Source: Girardia tigrina (taxonomy: Eukaryota). From it: a DNA stretch of 64,000 nucleotides. The DNA is taken from contig MQRK01250390.1 of the NCBI GenBank assembly GCA_001938485.1, forward strand, positions 30,537 to 94,536. Reading direction: 5' to 3'. Made by a program: the position numbers and the translations under genes. This document shows positions 40,700 through 54,428 of this stretch, piece by piece. The notes under the pieces were generated by a model, which saw only the letters and a list, made by a program, of their open reading frames with translations, did no database searches and was not told where the DNA came from. Positions within the stretch are counted from its first letter, which is position 1, and every line of letters starts with the position of its first letter.

Positions 40700-41860
40700 T
40701 TATTTTAAAATAAATAAATTGTCTCTCCGAAACAAAAGGAACACCATCGCTAGCTGTGTATTCCCGGTGGTTTACAACAACAGTGAAAACTGGAGTGCAA
40801 ATGTAAATCACTTCCAAAAGTTAACAGTGTTTCATAATCTATGCACTAGAAGAGCACCGGGAGTGAATAAAACAGAGGAGATCAAAATGAAACTATTAAA
40901 AATTGTATTATCGCATCCAATGAACATCTTAACAAAGAGAAGACTCATAAATCATACCAAACTAGAACTGAATAAATGTCCAGAGAATGTTAAACAGATC
41001 AGCCAGTATGAGTTAATTGGTGGAAAGAAAGTAAGTGGAAGTAAGAAGCAACACCAGACAGAATGTCTAAAAGTGGATCTGTACTGGCTATTTGAAGATC
41101 AGTTTGACTTTGATAATTTTTGTAGAATAGTACAGAGTGAAGACCTACTAACTGGGATGCGAAAATTTAAAAGATTCTGCTAACGCAAAAAGTGAACCGA
41201 AATGGCGACACCAGAGAAATGATGAGACTTCTCATGCAAAATGCTTCAAATCGTTTGCTGAAATCAAAGTGTTCAACAGATATTTTAGAGGAGCACAATT
41301 CATCAAACGAGCCTCGCCAAAGAAAAAATCAACAAAAAAGCCGAAAAAAGAGAAGAAAGGAAGATATGAATGCCCCCACTGCACAAAAAATACACTGGTG
41401 CCGGGTGGCTAATGACACATATTCAAAAGAACCACAAAAAACAACCAGATGAGCCAATACGCCAAGGAAGGGACAACTTGGAGGAACAGACAGAAGACAA
41501 TCCTCAAAACAATTAATCCAATTCTCAGTTGCCGGATGCCACTGTGGGTATGCCGAGGAACCAGAATGAAGAGAACGCTGAAGAAACGCATAGAAACTAC
41601 CAATTACCTGACAAAAAGGAAAAAGAAACTTTCAGAACCAATTTCGCGGTTTTTACGCGTCCAAGGTTACAGCCAAAGGTATGTACGGCCATGACACTAA
41701 GTACTACGGTTGGGTTTTCATCACTGGTAAACCAACTGCTCAGATGTGGACAGCCACTCACCCCGTAAGAGACCCATCGAGGGGGGCTGTTAAAGACTTT
41801 AGTTTGAATGGACTCTCTAAAGAGCCTTAGGCTCAATACCATTCAAAAAAGATGAGGGGC
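40700..41860 (+). mobile_element. Probable 3' internal region of an LTR retrotransposon, with PPT and LTR start
   Basis: Broken plus-strand ORFs followed by GAGGGGGGC|TGTTAAAG (LTR start 41788). Confidence 0.45.
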
Positions 41861-43199
41861 CATAAATATAAATAAAAATATAGTTATGTATTGATTATGT
41901 TATTTTTAAAAAAAATCTTAATAAATTTAGGATTGAGTTCTTTGATATTTTTTATAAAATAAGTAACACATTGAATAAATTAATTCTTAATATTTATTCA
42001 TAAGAAAGAAGCGAATTGTATCACAATATTCGTTCCTATGTAAAAGATTAAAATGATACTTCAAGTGTAATAATAATAAAACGATTTAGTTTCGTAGAAT
42101 TTAATATATAAATATAATTTATATAAAAACCAGATTGTTTTGTAGTTTTAAGATTTTTTGATTCAGAGAAAGAATAAAAATATTATTTCCTATTTGATAA
42201 TAAAAGATCATATTTAATAAAATAAATTCAATGACCATGACAAAATTGAAAAAAATCTAAATATAAAGAATCTTGAAACTATCACATCAATATTTAAAAA
42301 ACAAGGATAAGTTATCTTTAAAAATCAAAAAATGATTATATATTTTTGATACATAAAGTTTACTTTATCAGTATTGATATAAAATACCCTGATGCTGATG
42401 GTTGATTCGTTAAAATTAATCGCAAACTATTTGATGATCATTTTTTGTTTTTATAATATAAAAAACCATATTACATTGAACACAATACGCAGAAGTTTTC
42501 GTGTTAATATGCATGACTGGCGGCTTTGTTATATACCTTGTGGCACTATAGAGCTCTCTGCTTCGTCGGTGTGTCTAAAATCATGAAAATATCATTATTT
42601 TGTATTATTGTGTATATATAGTGTATATATTGTACATCAAAAACAGGTCTCTCTCTATACTGTTTAGTCGTCAATAAAATACTTCTTCATCACGAGTTAC
42701 TAATGGAGACATCAATTAATCATTTGTATTTATATTGGTTCACTTTGCCATTTTTAACGTCAGTTACTTTATTATTCGCCTCTGTGTATCTCCGATGATA
42801 ATCAGGTTCAACAATCAACGTAGAATCGTAATTATTTATCAACCTAATATTGTTGGGTATACAATTAAAATCTCGTTTTATTTTTAATTTATAATCAACT
42901 ACTAATCTGACTCCAAATGAACAAAAGGTTTCTTCCAACAATAATATATGAAGAATGAACAAGACCTTTTAATAATAATTTATTCTGCAAACAACAATTG
43001 ATTAACAAATATAAATTCAACTCTCTCAGTACACTACAATTCAAAGATCAAACTTCGATTAAACAGTTACAACAACTTTTTAGTTCGAGCGAAGCTAGAA
43101 TGATTTGTTTTAAAACTTATCTTCTCCTTTACAGGATACTGATACTTTCATATTATTACAATTTATTTTAAAAGCTTATTTTCTCCTTTACAGGATACT

Positions 43200-43517
43200 A
43201 AAAACTTTCTATTAAGGGTTCAAAAAAAATAACAATAATAAAAAACAAGTTTACCACGCATAAAATTTTGAAATTAATTTTTCTTCGAGTGATCAAATGG
43301 GCATCTGTAACTGAAATAACTATTGCTTATATACTGGTTTTTCCTAACCTTGAAAATTGAATAACTAAAACAAATCTCAAAATATTTACAAATATTTTAT
43401 AAATTTTAAAAAAAATACTATTATAATAATCAAAAAATTATTAATTTTAACCAGCGAATTATTTTAAAATTTTTATTAGATTTTAAAATTTAATTTATAT
43501 TTTTCGGAACCCCAACA
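43200..43517 (-). mobile_element. 5' part of a Gypsy LTR
   Basis: Begins TGTTGGGGTTCC on the minus strand, identical to the LTR start at 25073. Confidence 0.55.
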
Positions 43518-43979
43518 ATAATCAAGTGATAACTATAATTCATTTATTGATTCTGCAACAAATTTCTAATATAGATTTATTCAGCCGTATCTCTGCGACT
43601 GAGTCAGTTAGTAACGGTCTACGCTATTCAGAAACTGACTTATTGATTTAATTTTGTTACGCACGGATGAGCAAATCACTAATCACTCTTTGCTCATACT
43701 CTGAGTGGGATTCTATCGACGTAATTGAATCATTACGGTTTAACTTCTTGCTTGTGACAGGCGGGACTTCTTCGTCTTCTCTTGTGTAACTTAATGTCTT
43801 TACGATCTTCTCGGGAATTTTCATGTGAAGGCGGCGCAACGACAGCGACGGGGCTTACTTGTTCACTAAAACTGAAAAGGTTAGAATCTATTTATTAGTT
43901 ATATATTTATAAAACCCAATTTATAGATTTATACATTTATTGAAACGATATTAAAATTGTATAATATATAATACAATAA

Positions 43980-44770
43980 CTTCGAAAAATTACATTTTGT
44001 CTAAATTTGATCTCTGGATGAATATTCTCTTCGGTTGATCTCTCTTTAAGTCGTTTGCTAGTAGTTGTCCTCTTGCTCTGTTCGTGTTGTAATTGTTCTT
44101 TTAAACTTTCTGAATTTCTTTCTAAACTTCTGCGCTAATTAATTCTGATAAATGTTCAATGCTCGTCGTTAATGTTTTTGTTTCTTAATATTCTCAGATT
44201 CTCTTAAGGTTGATGTTCTGTTCTAACTGCGAAATGACTGTCGTTTTATATTGCAGGTGGGACGTTCTGTTGTTCCATTCTATCCAATCCTTGTTTGCCA
44301 ACGATGGATTCAATAATTCATTCAATGGTGATTGGTCCTTTGGAACCATGCCTGGGGTGTGCGCGCCTGTGTGTCTACAGTTTTGGAAGAAAGTTTTTGA
44401 TTTATTATAGAATTCTATGATTGTATGCTAATTTCAGGCGTCTGGTGATTCATGGTGATTCATGCTGATTAATCGCATGATTGTTATTTTTGGACTTATG
44501 GTTGACTCACGGTAATTCTTAATTAATTCTTTCAATTTTAATTATCTTTTTATCTTATTTCAGGATCTTATATCTTCGTCACGAGAATGTGCTACAGACT
44601 CGCAGGCCTCACTCAGGGATTCGGCACACTGATGAGCTCTCATGAGAGGGTTGGATGACCTTCTAACTCTACTGGATAAGTCGGTAACGCTCTTTGTTAT
44701 TTTTTGTCTGGTTGTTAATTAATTTTTATTCCTTCAGGGTTAATTCCTTAAGACTTAAGACTTGATTCTT
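43980..44770 (-). mobile_element. Possible LTR end, degenerate PBS and gag-like N-terminus
   Basis: Minus strand ...GCACA|TTCTCGTGACGAAG (degenerate TGGTGACGAGG-like), followed by broken charged, coiled-coil-like reading frames. Confidence 0.3.
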
Positions 44771-44775
44771 CAGAC

Positions 44776-45810
44776 TTAATTCTTTAGGCGATAGGCATCT
44801 GCCAATTCCACCATTTTTTGAAGTTGCAGCTTGCGAAAATGAGACTTGAAACTTTCGATTATGCCAATATCTAGTAGTTGCGGATTGGCAGTTATATTTG
44901 ATAGAAGTAAGTGGACTTTTATGTTGCTGAGCCCAGAATTCAGTACGTGATGTGAAGTGGTGTTATCTAATAACAAAAGAATGCATCGTCCTTCAAAAAT
45001 GAGCTGCTTGTTGAACTGCATTAACCTTTTTTGAAAGATGTTCGATAGCATACATGCTTTGCTGTTAGATGTGTAAGTACAGTAGAAATTAACATTAAAG
45101 CTCTTGAAGCGTCGGGGTTTCGTTGATTTTCCAATTATCAGCAATCGCCTTTTTCCAGTTCTGGTAGAATTACAACATAACAGTAAAGTGATTCATTGTT
45201 TTAGCTATTTGTTAACGCAGCAGATTTCTTTTGTATGAGCAAGCGTTCTATCTGGAAGCAGCTAAAAAGCATACAAGTTTCATCTGCATTGTTTATGTTG
45301 GTTTAAACATATCCGCAGTTCATCAAAATATTGTTTAAATTTTTAAGTTATTCGTTAACAATTGAAACGGAAACCGATAAACCTTCTCTATAGATCCATT
45401 TTTGTATAAAATAAAATCTTGCTTTAAATCTTTGCAGCCATCCACTACTGTACATGAAATATTTTGAAACATTCAATAATTCCCAAAATATTTTCGCTTT
45501 CTTTCTTAACAGATCATCAGTAATGATAATATTATTGACACGCTTTTGAGTGAACCAATTATACATTGCTTCCTCCAAATCACTAAATTTTTCAACTCTT
45601 TACCGTTTAGAGAAATAAACAGTTTGATTTACATACTTTTCGTATTGAGCAGGAATATAACGATCAGTTGTTCATGGAAGTGAGAATCGCTCTGTAATTT
45701 AATTTTTTCGGATATCATAGGATTATTTTTGCGAAATGACATATCTCCTTATTTTTCAATTGAAGAATCAATATGAAATTGATTCGCCTTTACGCTTTTG
45801 AGAATTAATG
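44776..45810 (-). mobile_element. Tigger (TIGD-like) transposase relic
   Basis: CENP-B-type HTH (EEAMYNWF..SSGWLQRFKAR) and DDE_1 motifs (IIGKSTKPRRFK, LLLLDNTTSH, QLLDIGII..FKSHFRK). Confidence 0.9.
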
Positions 45811-45859
45811 ATGAAATCTAAAGTATTTGTTACAGGAAAAATATAAATAAAAAAAATAA

Positions 45860-46830
45860 TGAACGAAATGAGGAATGGGACAGAATGTTCGAAAGAATAG
45901 ATAGAAGGGAAGATGTTACAAGAATAGATTACTTCACGAATAATAGGAAATTCAGAGACGAGCAGGGAAACGAGGATGCACGATCACAGGGAGAAGTGAT
46001 CAGTGTGCTACAATAGGAATTAAATGTAGATGTATGATTGATTGTATGTATGAATGTGTATGTGATTATATGTTTGATGATGTGTTTAAAAATATTCCTC
46101 TGGAGATATGTATACTAAATGGTGAACATGATGGAAATGATGGAAAATGTGATAATATGAAAACCAAAAAAGAGAAAAAAATACAGATGTATTGAGAATA
46201 CCAATGTTTAACATACATTATAAAGAATTGAAAGGACGACCAAGTATAGAGTTTCGCATAAAGAATAAAAGTGTACAGTGCCTGTCGAACACAGGGGCCC
46301 GAATCAATGTTATTAAAGCAGAGATTATCAAAAATATGAAAGATATCAAAATAAAAGAAACAAAAAGACGAATACACTGTGCAAATGATTCGGAACTTAT
46401 AAACTATGGAATTGTGCAACTAAAAGTGAAATTTTAAAGATTAGAGAAAACGATTAATTTTTTTGTAGTTAAAGATCTAGATCCAGACATGATAGCAGAA
46501 ATGATAATTTTTTTGGACAAATATGGAATAATGTTGAAGAAAGAACCATCTCACACAGAAAATGTATTAATAATACAAGACAGCTCCTCTGATGAGGATA
46601 GACTAAAAGGAATTAGAGAGCTGTACGAAAATAAAATTAACGACCAATAGAACTTTTAACAGAATATAAATCAATATTTATGACCGACAAATGGGATATT
46701 GGAGAACCTTACTGACAAAACATAAAATCAAAACACATGGAGAACCGGTATTAGTGAAACCATATCGACAGCCGAAACATTTCGAAGAAAAATTAGACGA
46801 TATCATTAGAAATTATGAAGAAAAATAACA
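45860..46830 (+). mobile_element. Gypsy relic: gag end, frameshift site, protease, RT start
   Basis: CLSNTGARINVI protease motif; paralogous to about 49080-49985. Confidence 0.88.
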
Positions 46831-47254
46831 TCTTTTCCGCTGGAAAACATTCTCGTTTTTCATCCTTCATCAACGAATTACAATTCGGTCGTAGTAATAA
46901 TTCCGAACCCATTATCATTCCCCATTGTGTCGCTCGTAAAGTCAAATCATCATCGAATTGTATCATCGTCTGACAACCGCTCATTCCCGACAATCGTTCG
47001 GCGACGTCAATGAATAGGAAATTCTACAACGCTATCAAACAGGCATCCATCGCCATGAAATCGTCTCCGATTGAATTGCTTCAAACGTTCAAAGAACAAC
47101 TAACAATCGGCGAATTGATCCAAATGAATAAACAGCATTTAAAAATAGAAATCATTCCCGACAATTGTCCATCGTCACTCAATCCAATCGTCAATCCGAG
47201 AGCCGAATTCGTCATCCGGCAAGACGCGCTCGATCATCAAAAACACGATATTAG
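46831..47254 (+). pseudogene. Exon-like non-TE sequence fused to Gypsy RT
   Basis: About 140 codons with one stop, ending AG|GT at 47254/47255. No recognisable motif. Confidence 0.35.
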
Positions 47255-47400
47255 GTTTTTATTTTTTCCAAAAATCTATTTCACCAGTAGACCATTCCTT
47301 TGTATTTTGTATTTAATAGAATTAATATCAGTTCTTAAGTAATTTATTTTGAACAATTGGTTCTGAATTGCCTTCGCTTTCAAAAGGATAATGTTGAATT

Positions 47401-47584
47401 CAGTGGACTCCGCAAATATCGAAGTGGCACTTGACAAAACTAAATTTTGGTATAGCCGTAGTTCGATATAGCCATATCATCATCTTACATTACCTAAGCA
47501 CTGATAATTAGTCGGTTCAATATCATATCTTCGATAGATCCGTATATTCGATTTATACGTCTTCGATATATAAGGAGTGTACTG
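47401..47584. mobile_element. Tigger-type MITE
   Basis: CAGTGGACTCCGCAAATATCGAAG ... CTTCGATATATAAGGAGTGTACTG|TA. Confidence 0.7.
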
Positions 47585-47589
47585 TATAT

Positions 47590-48180
47590 GTATTTTCAGA
47601 GAAATATATTCGAACAAAGTTATTCCAATTCGTAATTTAGCATAAATGATAACAGACCAAAACTTTGGATAATTGTTTTCAAATGGTTTAATTTGAATAA
47701 TTGTTATGAATCGATTCGTTTAGAATACTCGTTTTCTTCTTGCAATGTTTGTTATACCATTTAATGTAATATATCGCAACAAAAAATAATTACATCGATC
47801 TAGAAAACAACCAATACTTCATTAGGTAGTAATTACTAATAATTAATTTTGTAATTAATAATTTCAAAATGATTTTTCACTTCGAATTTAAGTTTTTTGA
47901 ATTATCCCATAGAGACTTAATTTATATGGGATAATTATTACTTATAAATATAAATAATTACTACTAAATAACATTAATAAATAATTAATTATAAATAAAA
48001 ATAAAATAATAATAAGAAATAATAATACTTATTCTAAATTAGAAAGAAAATTAAACATTATATATTTGTAGATAATAAGAATTAAAATATTAATCATCCA
48101 TCTGGGTAGGAGAGACACAAATCCAAATCAACATGCAACATTCAAACACGAAACAGCAAACATTGAAAATATTCCTCACA
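47590..48180 (+). mobile_element. Gypsy LTR 3' portion, upstream of gag
   Basis: Ends catccatctgggtaggagagac...aaaatattcctcaca. Left boundary approximate; no clear PBS. Confidence 0.6.
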
Positions 48181-48438
48181 GTGTGAGATCAAAATAATTT
48201 GTTCCCCATTAACTGATGACCACCTCATTTAACAATTTCACTGCGGCCACGCAACTGTGCGACCCACTCAGTTATCACTTCCTGTTACCAGTCATGACAA
48301 TTCGAATATATAATTTTACATGTAGTTATATAGTAGAACAATGTTGTTTTATATGCTTTATAAAGTTACTTTTATCATAAAAACTTTTAAAAGGCTCTTT
48401 TTCCTTTATTCTCGAAAGAGAAAAATATTTTGGAAATA

Positions 48439-50340
48439 ATGAAGGAGCTTGTAGAGATTAGAATCGGGGATAAAAATCCATCAGAAGTATTTAAAAGGAT
48501 TGATGAACTAGTGGAAAAACTAGTTGAGAAAAACTAGGAAAAATGGAACTTTCAGATCTAGCGTACACCAACGTACGCGAGAAAATACAGAAGTAAAAAG
48601 GGAAATGACTCTCAGAAATGTCACAAAAGCAGAAGATATAAAGAATATTCCGAAGAAAATTTACGAGTTTGAGCTGAAAGACAGGAATATAAGAGTGAAT
48701 GCGAATAAGACAAAAGAAAAAAAAGAGTGGAAGAAAGTAGAATATGGAACAAGAAGACCGAGACCAAGATACGAAGAGAAAAAGATCTAAGAACCAAGAA
48801 AAATATTTTAATGCAAGAAGGATCATATGTCGGAACTGTCATAAAGAAGAACATGTGAGACGGGAATGCCTAAATGTTAAATGCAACAATTGCAATAAGA
48901 AAGGGCATGTAAGAACACAATGTTATGAGAATCCAAACAGATTTAGAGAGCGCGAACAATCTGGAAGAGAAGATACAAGGAATAGAAGAAATGAACGAAA
49001 GGAATACACAAACACAGAGGTCATATTGGTCATATTGATGACAACTGGGAAAGAATATCGGAAAGATCGAATAAAAGAGGAAGTCTAACAAGAAGAGAAA
49101 ATATTACAAACACGAAAAATTTCAGAGACAAACAGGGAAACAAGGAGGCACGATCACAGGGATAAGTGATCAGTGCACTTCACTAAGAAACGAATGTATG
49201 TGTATGTTTGACTGTATGAATGATTGTTTGTATGATGACGTATGTTGTGTATAGGATGCTGTTGACAATATTCCTCAGAAATTGTGTATATTAGATGGTG
49301 AAAACGAAATACCTAATGAGAAATATGACAGTTTGATCACAGGAACAGATGAAGAAAGAAGCACAGATATAATGAAAATATCAAAATTTAAAATAGAAAA
49401 CGAAGACCTGAAAAAGATACCTAGTATAGATTTTCAAATAAAGAACAGAAAAATACGATGTTTATTAGATACGGGAGCACGAGTCAATGTAATTCAAGTA
49501 GACATAGTCAAAAATATGAAAAATATCAAAATAAAGGAGATAAAAAGACGTATACACTGTGCTATCGATTCGGAACTAGTAAATTACGGAATAGTACAAC
49601 TAAAGATTAAGATTGAAAGAATACAGAAAACAGTGGACTTTTTTGTAGTAAAAGATTTGGAACCCGAAATAATTGCAGGAATAGATTTTTTAAATAAATT
49701 CAGCATAAAACTAAAGAAAGAAACATGATACAACGAAGGAGTGCTGGCAATACGTGATACTTTAACTGACGGAGACAGACTTTAAAGAATAAGGGAAATA
49801 TACGCAGATAATATAGATGAACCATTAATGAAATTATTAATATAATATAAAACGATATTTATGGCGGACAAATGGGATATCAGGAAGACCACACTAACTA
49901 AGCATAAAATTGAAACCGTACCGACAGCCAAAACACTTTGAGGAAAAACTAGATGATATTATCAAGAATTACGAGGAAAATGATATCATTGAAAAGGCAG
50001 TTCGCCGTGGAATTTTCCGCTAGTATGCATATGGAAAAAAGACAAACAGGATATCAGAGTATGTGTTGATTTTCGACAATTAAATAAAATCACAATCAGA
50101 TAAGAATTTCCAATGCCATATGTAGAAGAAATTCTAAATACATTAAATGGAGCGAAATACTTCAGCACGATCGACTTGGGGAGTACATATCATCAAGTTG
50201 AATTGGAGAACGATTCAAAAATAAAAACTGCATTTTCGACAAAAAGCAGTTGTATACCTGGACGATATTCTAATCTTCGCAAAAGACAAAGAAGAACATT
50301 TCAGACGAGTCGAACGCATATTTCAAAAGATTAAAGAATC
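48439..50340 (+). mobile_element. Gypsy gag-protease-RT relic
   Basis: Two CX2CX4HX4C knuckles, CLLDTGARVNVI protease, RVCVDFRQLN and YFSTIDL RT motifs. Confidence 0.93.
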
Positions 50341-50579
50341 AAAAGATTATTCAATCATTGAATAAATAAATTAATGAATCAATAAATCAATTATTACATA
50401 AATGAATAAAAAGTAAATAAAGTAAAGAATAAATTAATTATTAAATAAATTATTTAACAAATAAATGATTAAATTTGATTTGATTGAATTTCAATCAATT
50501 AATAATTAATTATTTAATTTTTTATTAATTTATTAACAATTTTATTAATTAATTAACAATCTACACAGATTACATAATA

Positions 50580-50969
50580 TGTGGGGGGCAGTATAACACT
50601 CGTTCCCCGCAACCAATTCGTGTCGGTTCCCCGTTGTGTGTCACTCTCCGTTCGACGATCCATCCCGACTCGGATTATGATCATTTCTATCGGTCGATTG
50701 ATTCGTGCACCAATGTTCCACTCGAAGAGTCTGTGTACTCATCGATACACAGTGTGAGGCGTCGGTCGGTTCTGACCAAACGGTTTTATTTGTGTATCAA
50801 TAAAAAAATCAAAATTATGGAAACAAGATAATAAAGTTAATTTTGTTGGAAAACATTTATTTGAAAATTTAAATCTGTGTACAATATTTATTTGTGTTTA
50901 ATTTAATTAAACAACAGTCAGTTTATTTAAATATTGTTTTTTTGTCGATTGATTGATCGGAGCACCACA
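50580..50969 (-). mobile_element. Solo-LTR-like member of the TGTGGTGCTC family (390 bp)
   Basis: Minus strand TGTGGTGCTCCG...CCCCCCACA, AT-rich then GC-rich halves. No clean TSD. Confidence 0.55.
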
Positions 50970-52936
50970 ACAATTAAATAACTTAAAAAGAAATAAGACG
51001 TGTAAAAATCCTATTTTAACATAATTTTCTAATAGTAAAAACGAAAAGAAAAAAAAACATTTTTATAATAATATTTTTTTAATTGGAAAATAAATTTGAT
51101 AATTGTTTTTATTTAATTCAAATTTAAATATTTGTTTTTAACCCCTCAGAGGAATAAAATACAGAATCCACTAGCCTTATAAATAATGATAATAATTGAA
51201 AATACCATTTTAATAATTGATGACTTTTACATTAAAATGCATATCCCATCCCATTATTATGGACGAATAATAGAATGAAACTACGAAGCAAATTAAATTT
51301 GTTGTTCCTGGAAAACTTCAATTTAATGAGAATAATTAGAATGTAAACCGTTGTTTCTGCAGAAATTTTATATTCGCAAGTTTATCCTTAAATTAGAGGG
51401 AAGAATGCTTCTTTCCACTGTTATAAAATTTGTTTCGTTTAAACGAAATATGTCAATCAAAAGCTAAAATAATTAAAAATATTTTATTAAGTGCAGTCCA
51501 AACCTTTTAAAAATATTTTGTTTAATTTTTAGAACATTTTTTTGAAAAACAAAAAAAGATTTTCAATAATCTTATAAAAATTGCAATCTATGTTTCAAAT
51601 TATACTATATTTTTTTGTGACTTGGTAATTTATTTAGAATGAAAATTGAAATAAATAAGAAAATCATTTTAGAATGTCTATTTACATTTATATTTTTATT
51701 TTTTCTACTTTAATTTTATTTATGTTTTCCTTTACTAGTGAATGTTGTAGTAACTGGTTTGTTCGAGAATCTGAAATTTGTTTTTGGCCAATCAAAATCG
51801 GAGGATATTTCATATCAATTAATCGAATCTTTTTATGAATCAAATATCAAATTTCACCTTTTTTAATTAAACGAAGTGCATATTCGCAGCCGGCGAAATT
51901 TATCTGAAAATGTTATTTGCTTCTAGCTGCGTTATTTTAGTTTTATATAAGAGTTTTATATTTATAAGAGAAATACAAGTTTTCAGCAGATTAGCTTCAA
52001 TAATGGTAACAAGGACATAATATTTAAATCCAAACTAAAATTAATATATTTCAACCAGAATATTTTACAAAATGCTATTCGCAGCCGACTAAATTAAAAC
52101 AGAAAAACTAAGAAAATGTTTTTTATTAAAAAATTTTTAAATAAATTTTTATAATACAATTTAATTAGGTGTTTAAAACTTTAATTAGGTGTTCATATAA
52201 AATTATATTTAAAGTAACATTCTAAAATTAGAGACCGGATTGATACCTTTTTAATACAGACTTTTACATGAAATAATATTACTTACATGTATAGCTTTGA
52301 TATACACCGCAAGTAAAATGAGTTTGACATAAGGTAATTTATTCTCTACATTTCAAACAACAACAGGCGTAGTCTTTGTGACTCATGGAAGTGAGAAGAT
52401 CAAGGATTCATCTACAAATACTGAATTTCGATATCAAAGCATTAGATACACATAGAAGCGGGTTAAGATTATGCCAGATAAAATAAGATAAAGTAAAAAA
52501 AGATAATTCAAGAAAAAATGTGCACAACTGCAAAGATACGTTACGGTATGTATATATGAAGATTTCTGTATTCCTCACATTGACATCGTCTACTAAGACA
52601 ATGTCATGAACTTCACTTTTAATACAAATTCTAGTTTAATGTCATTATTAAAGATTCAAGTAATTGATTTTTTGTTTTATTTATTTTGAATTTTAACATC
52701 TCTAAATTGTATCATTTAATATTTTTTTGTAATAAAAGTTTTTTCTTAGTTAGTTTAGTTTTAATTTAGTGAAATAGAGTTCCTTAATCAGAGAAACCGT
52801 CTGTAAATATCATTTTCAAATGAACGCAGTCGACTGCGAATAACATTCTCAAATATATGAGGCCGAATATCAGTAGCCTAAATAACGTTGTTACTACACC
52901 TAATCGCGTCACACTTAATCGCGTAATATTTATTTT

Positions 52937-53161
52937 CATGCCACCACCTACTTTATGGAAGTTTTTTTGAAGGGATTAAAAGACTATATGCACCAACAAA
53001 AAGCCTATCTTTTACAAGGTTCAATCAGTGCGATTCAAATTCCTAAAATGAAGCATCGAATGCTTAATACAAGATTATCAGAAGCTTTGACAAATATTGG
53101 AAGAATAGACATGCTTATTTTCTTAAAAGCAATTTGTCCTTTGTCTTATAAATTTAAATAA
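52937..53161 (+). pseudogene. MULE transposase C-terminal remnant
   Basis: CH.PTLWKF.KGLKD..Q...RL.....MLIFLKAI; the same motif lies at the end of the MULE at about 35005 (CNHLTVYSL). Confidence 0.7.
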
Positions 53162-53262
53162 TTGTAAAAAATAATAAATTAAATACGTAATATTAAAGTT
53201 TTGTTTAAATAATCGTTTCTCAAATATTCAAAATCAAGTGTTCGAGTTTGATTGCAGTTTAT

Positions 53263-54300
53263 TTTTGTCATCTATTTTCTCCCTGAATCAACAATGGAAA
53301 ATCATAATCAGTGCATCAATGTTATGAAAAATTCTTGTATTCTAAAGTATGTTGCATGACAATAATTTTCTAGTGAAATTTACCGATATCGATTCTCGTT
53401 TGTTCACGTCAGCAGGCGGATATGCGAATGCTAATCTGTTTCCGTATCGCGAGAACACATATCACTACACACCGCTCATCGCCTATTTGATACTAACGAA
53501 TGTCCTTTTCGGACAATTATTCGGCAAATTGTTGTTTTGTTTGTTTGCTTTGATTTGCGCAGATCTCATGCATTCGATTGGCCGTTTGAACAAATGCTCT
53601 AATATTTGGCCGATCATTTCTGCAATTTGGTTGTTCAATTCGCTTATTTTCACGGTCTCTTCTCGCAGCAATGCCGAATCGTTGTTGGGGATTCTCATTT
53701 TGTCGAAATTTGTTTCTACTACAAACGAATCGAATTGTTTTCTCGGTGATTATGTTCGATTTTGTGTTCATTTCAAGTTATATCTGATCATTTGTTCGTT
53801 CTCGATCTATTTGTATTGTGTGACAATTATCGATTTGTTAACTTGATTTTTCCCAATAGAAATCAAATGAAATTTGCATTTGCTACTCTTGTGTCATTTG
53901 TGCTGATTTCGAGTCTCTTTTAGCAGTTGTATGGATGGGAGTTCATTTACCAATCGTACTTGTATCACGTTTTACGGGTGGATATTAAACATATTTTTTC
54001 AGTTTTTTTACGCTCAATATTTACTATTGATTACTCGTTATAAAGTGATTTTCGGACTTTGTGCTTTTATTCCCCAATTGATAATTCTGTGCTCGTTTAG
54101 TTGGAAACATCGATCGGATTTCAATTTGAGTTGGTTGTTATGTACAATTGGGTTTGTGGCGTTTAATAAAAAATTGGGGAGCGTCACAGTAGTGAATTTT
54201 GAGGTATTCAGACGGCTTCTGATTGGTCGAATTTTTTTGAAACGATTCAAATTTTTGATATATTTTTTTGTTTGGCGCGAACTTTTTTTTGAAATGATCG
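53263..54300 (+). pseudogene. PIGM: GPI mannosyltransferase 1 (PIG-M) pseudogene
   Basis: VKFTDID, PY..TYHYTPL, FGKLLF, WLFN...VSSRSNAES, VHFKLY, YGWEF..SYLYH..R.DIKH, AFIPQL, FVAFNK; several stops and frameshifts. Confidence 0.9.
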
Positions 54301-54428
54301 AAAGTCGCCATTAAAAATTTTGTATTTTCAAATTATCAGTTAAAATTTTAGTGTTATTTTATTATTTTTCTTTCAAAATTTGACGTTTTTTGGTATATTT
54401 GTCTGTTTGATATCGTCCTTCAACCCGC

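Noticed and set aside
44625-44655. CTGATGAGCTCTCATGAGAG as a hammerhead ribozyme
   Set aside because: No GAAA box or stem III follows.
29253-50969. TGTGGTGCTCCG at 29253 and its inverse at 50969 as the TIRs of one 21.7-kb element
   Set aside because: Similarity decays after about 30 bp and the flanks (GGTT vs ACAA) give no TSD.
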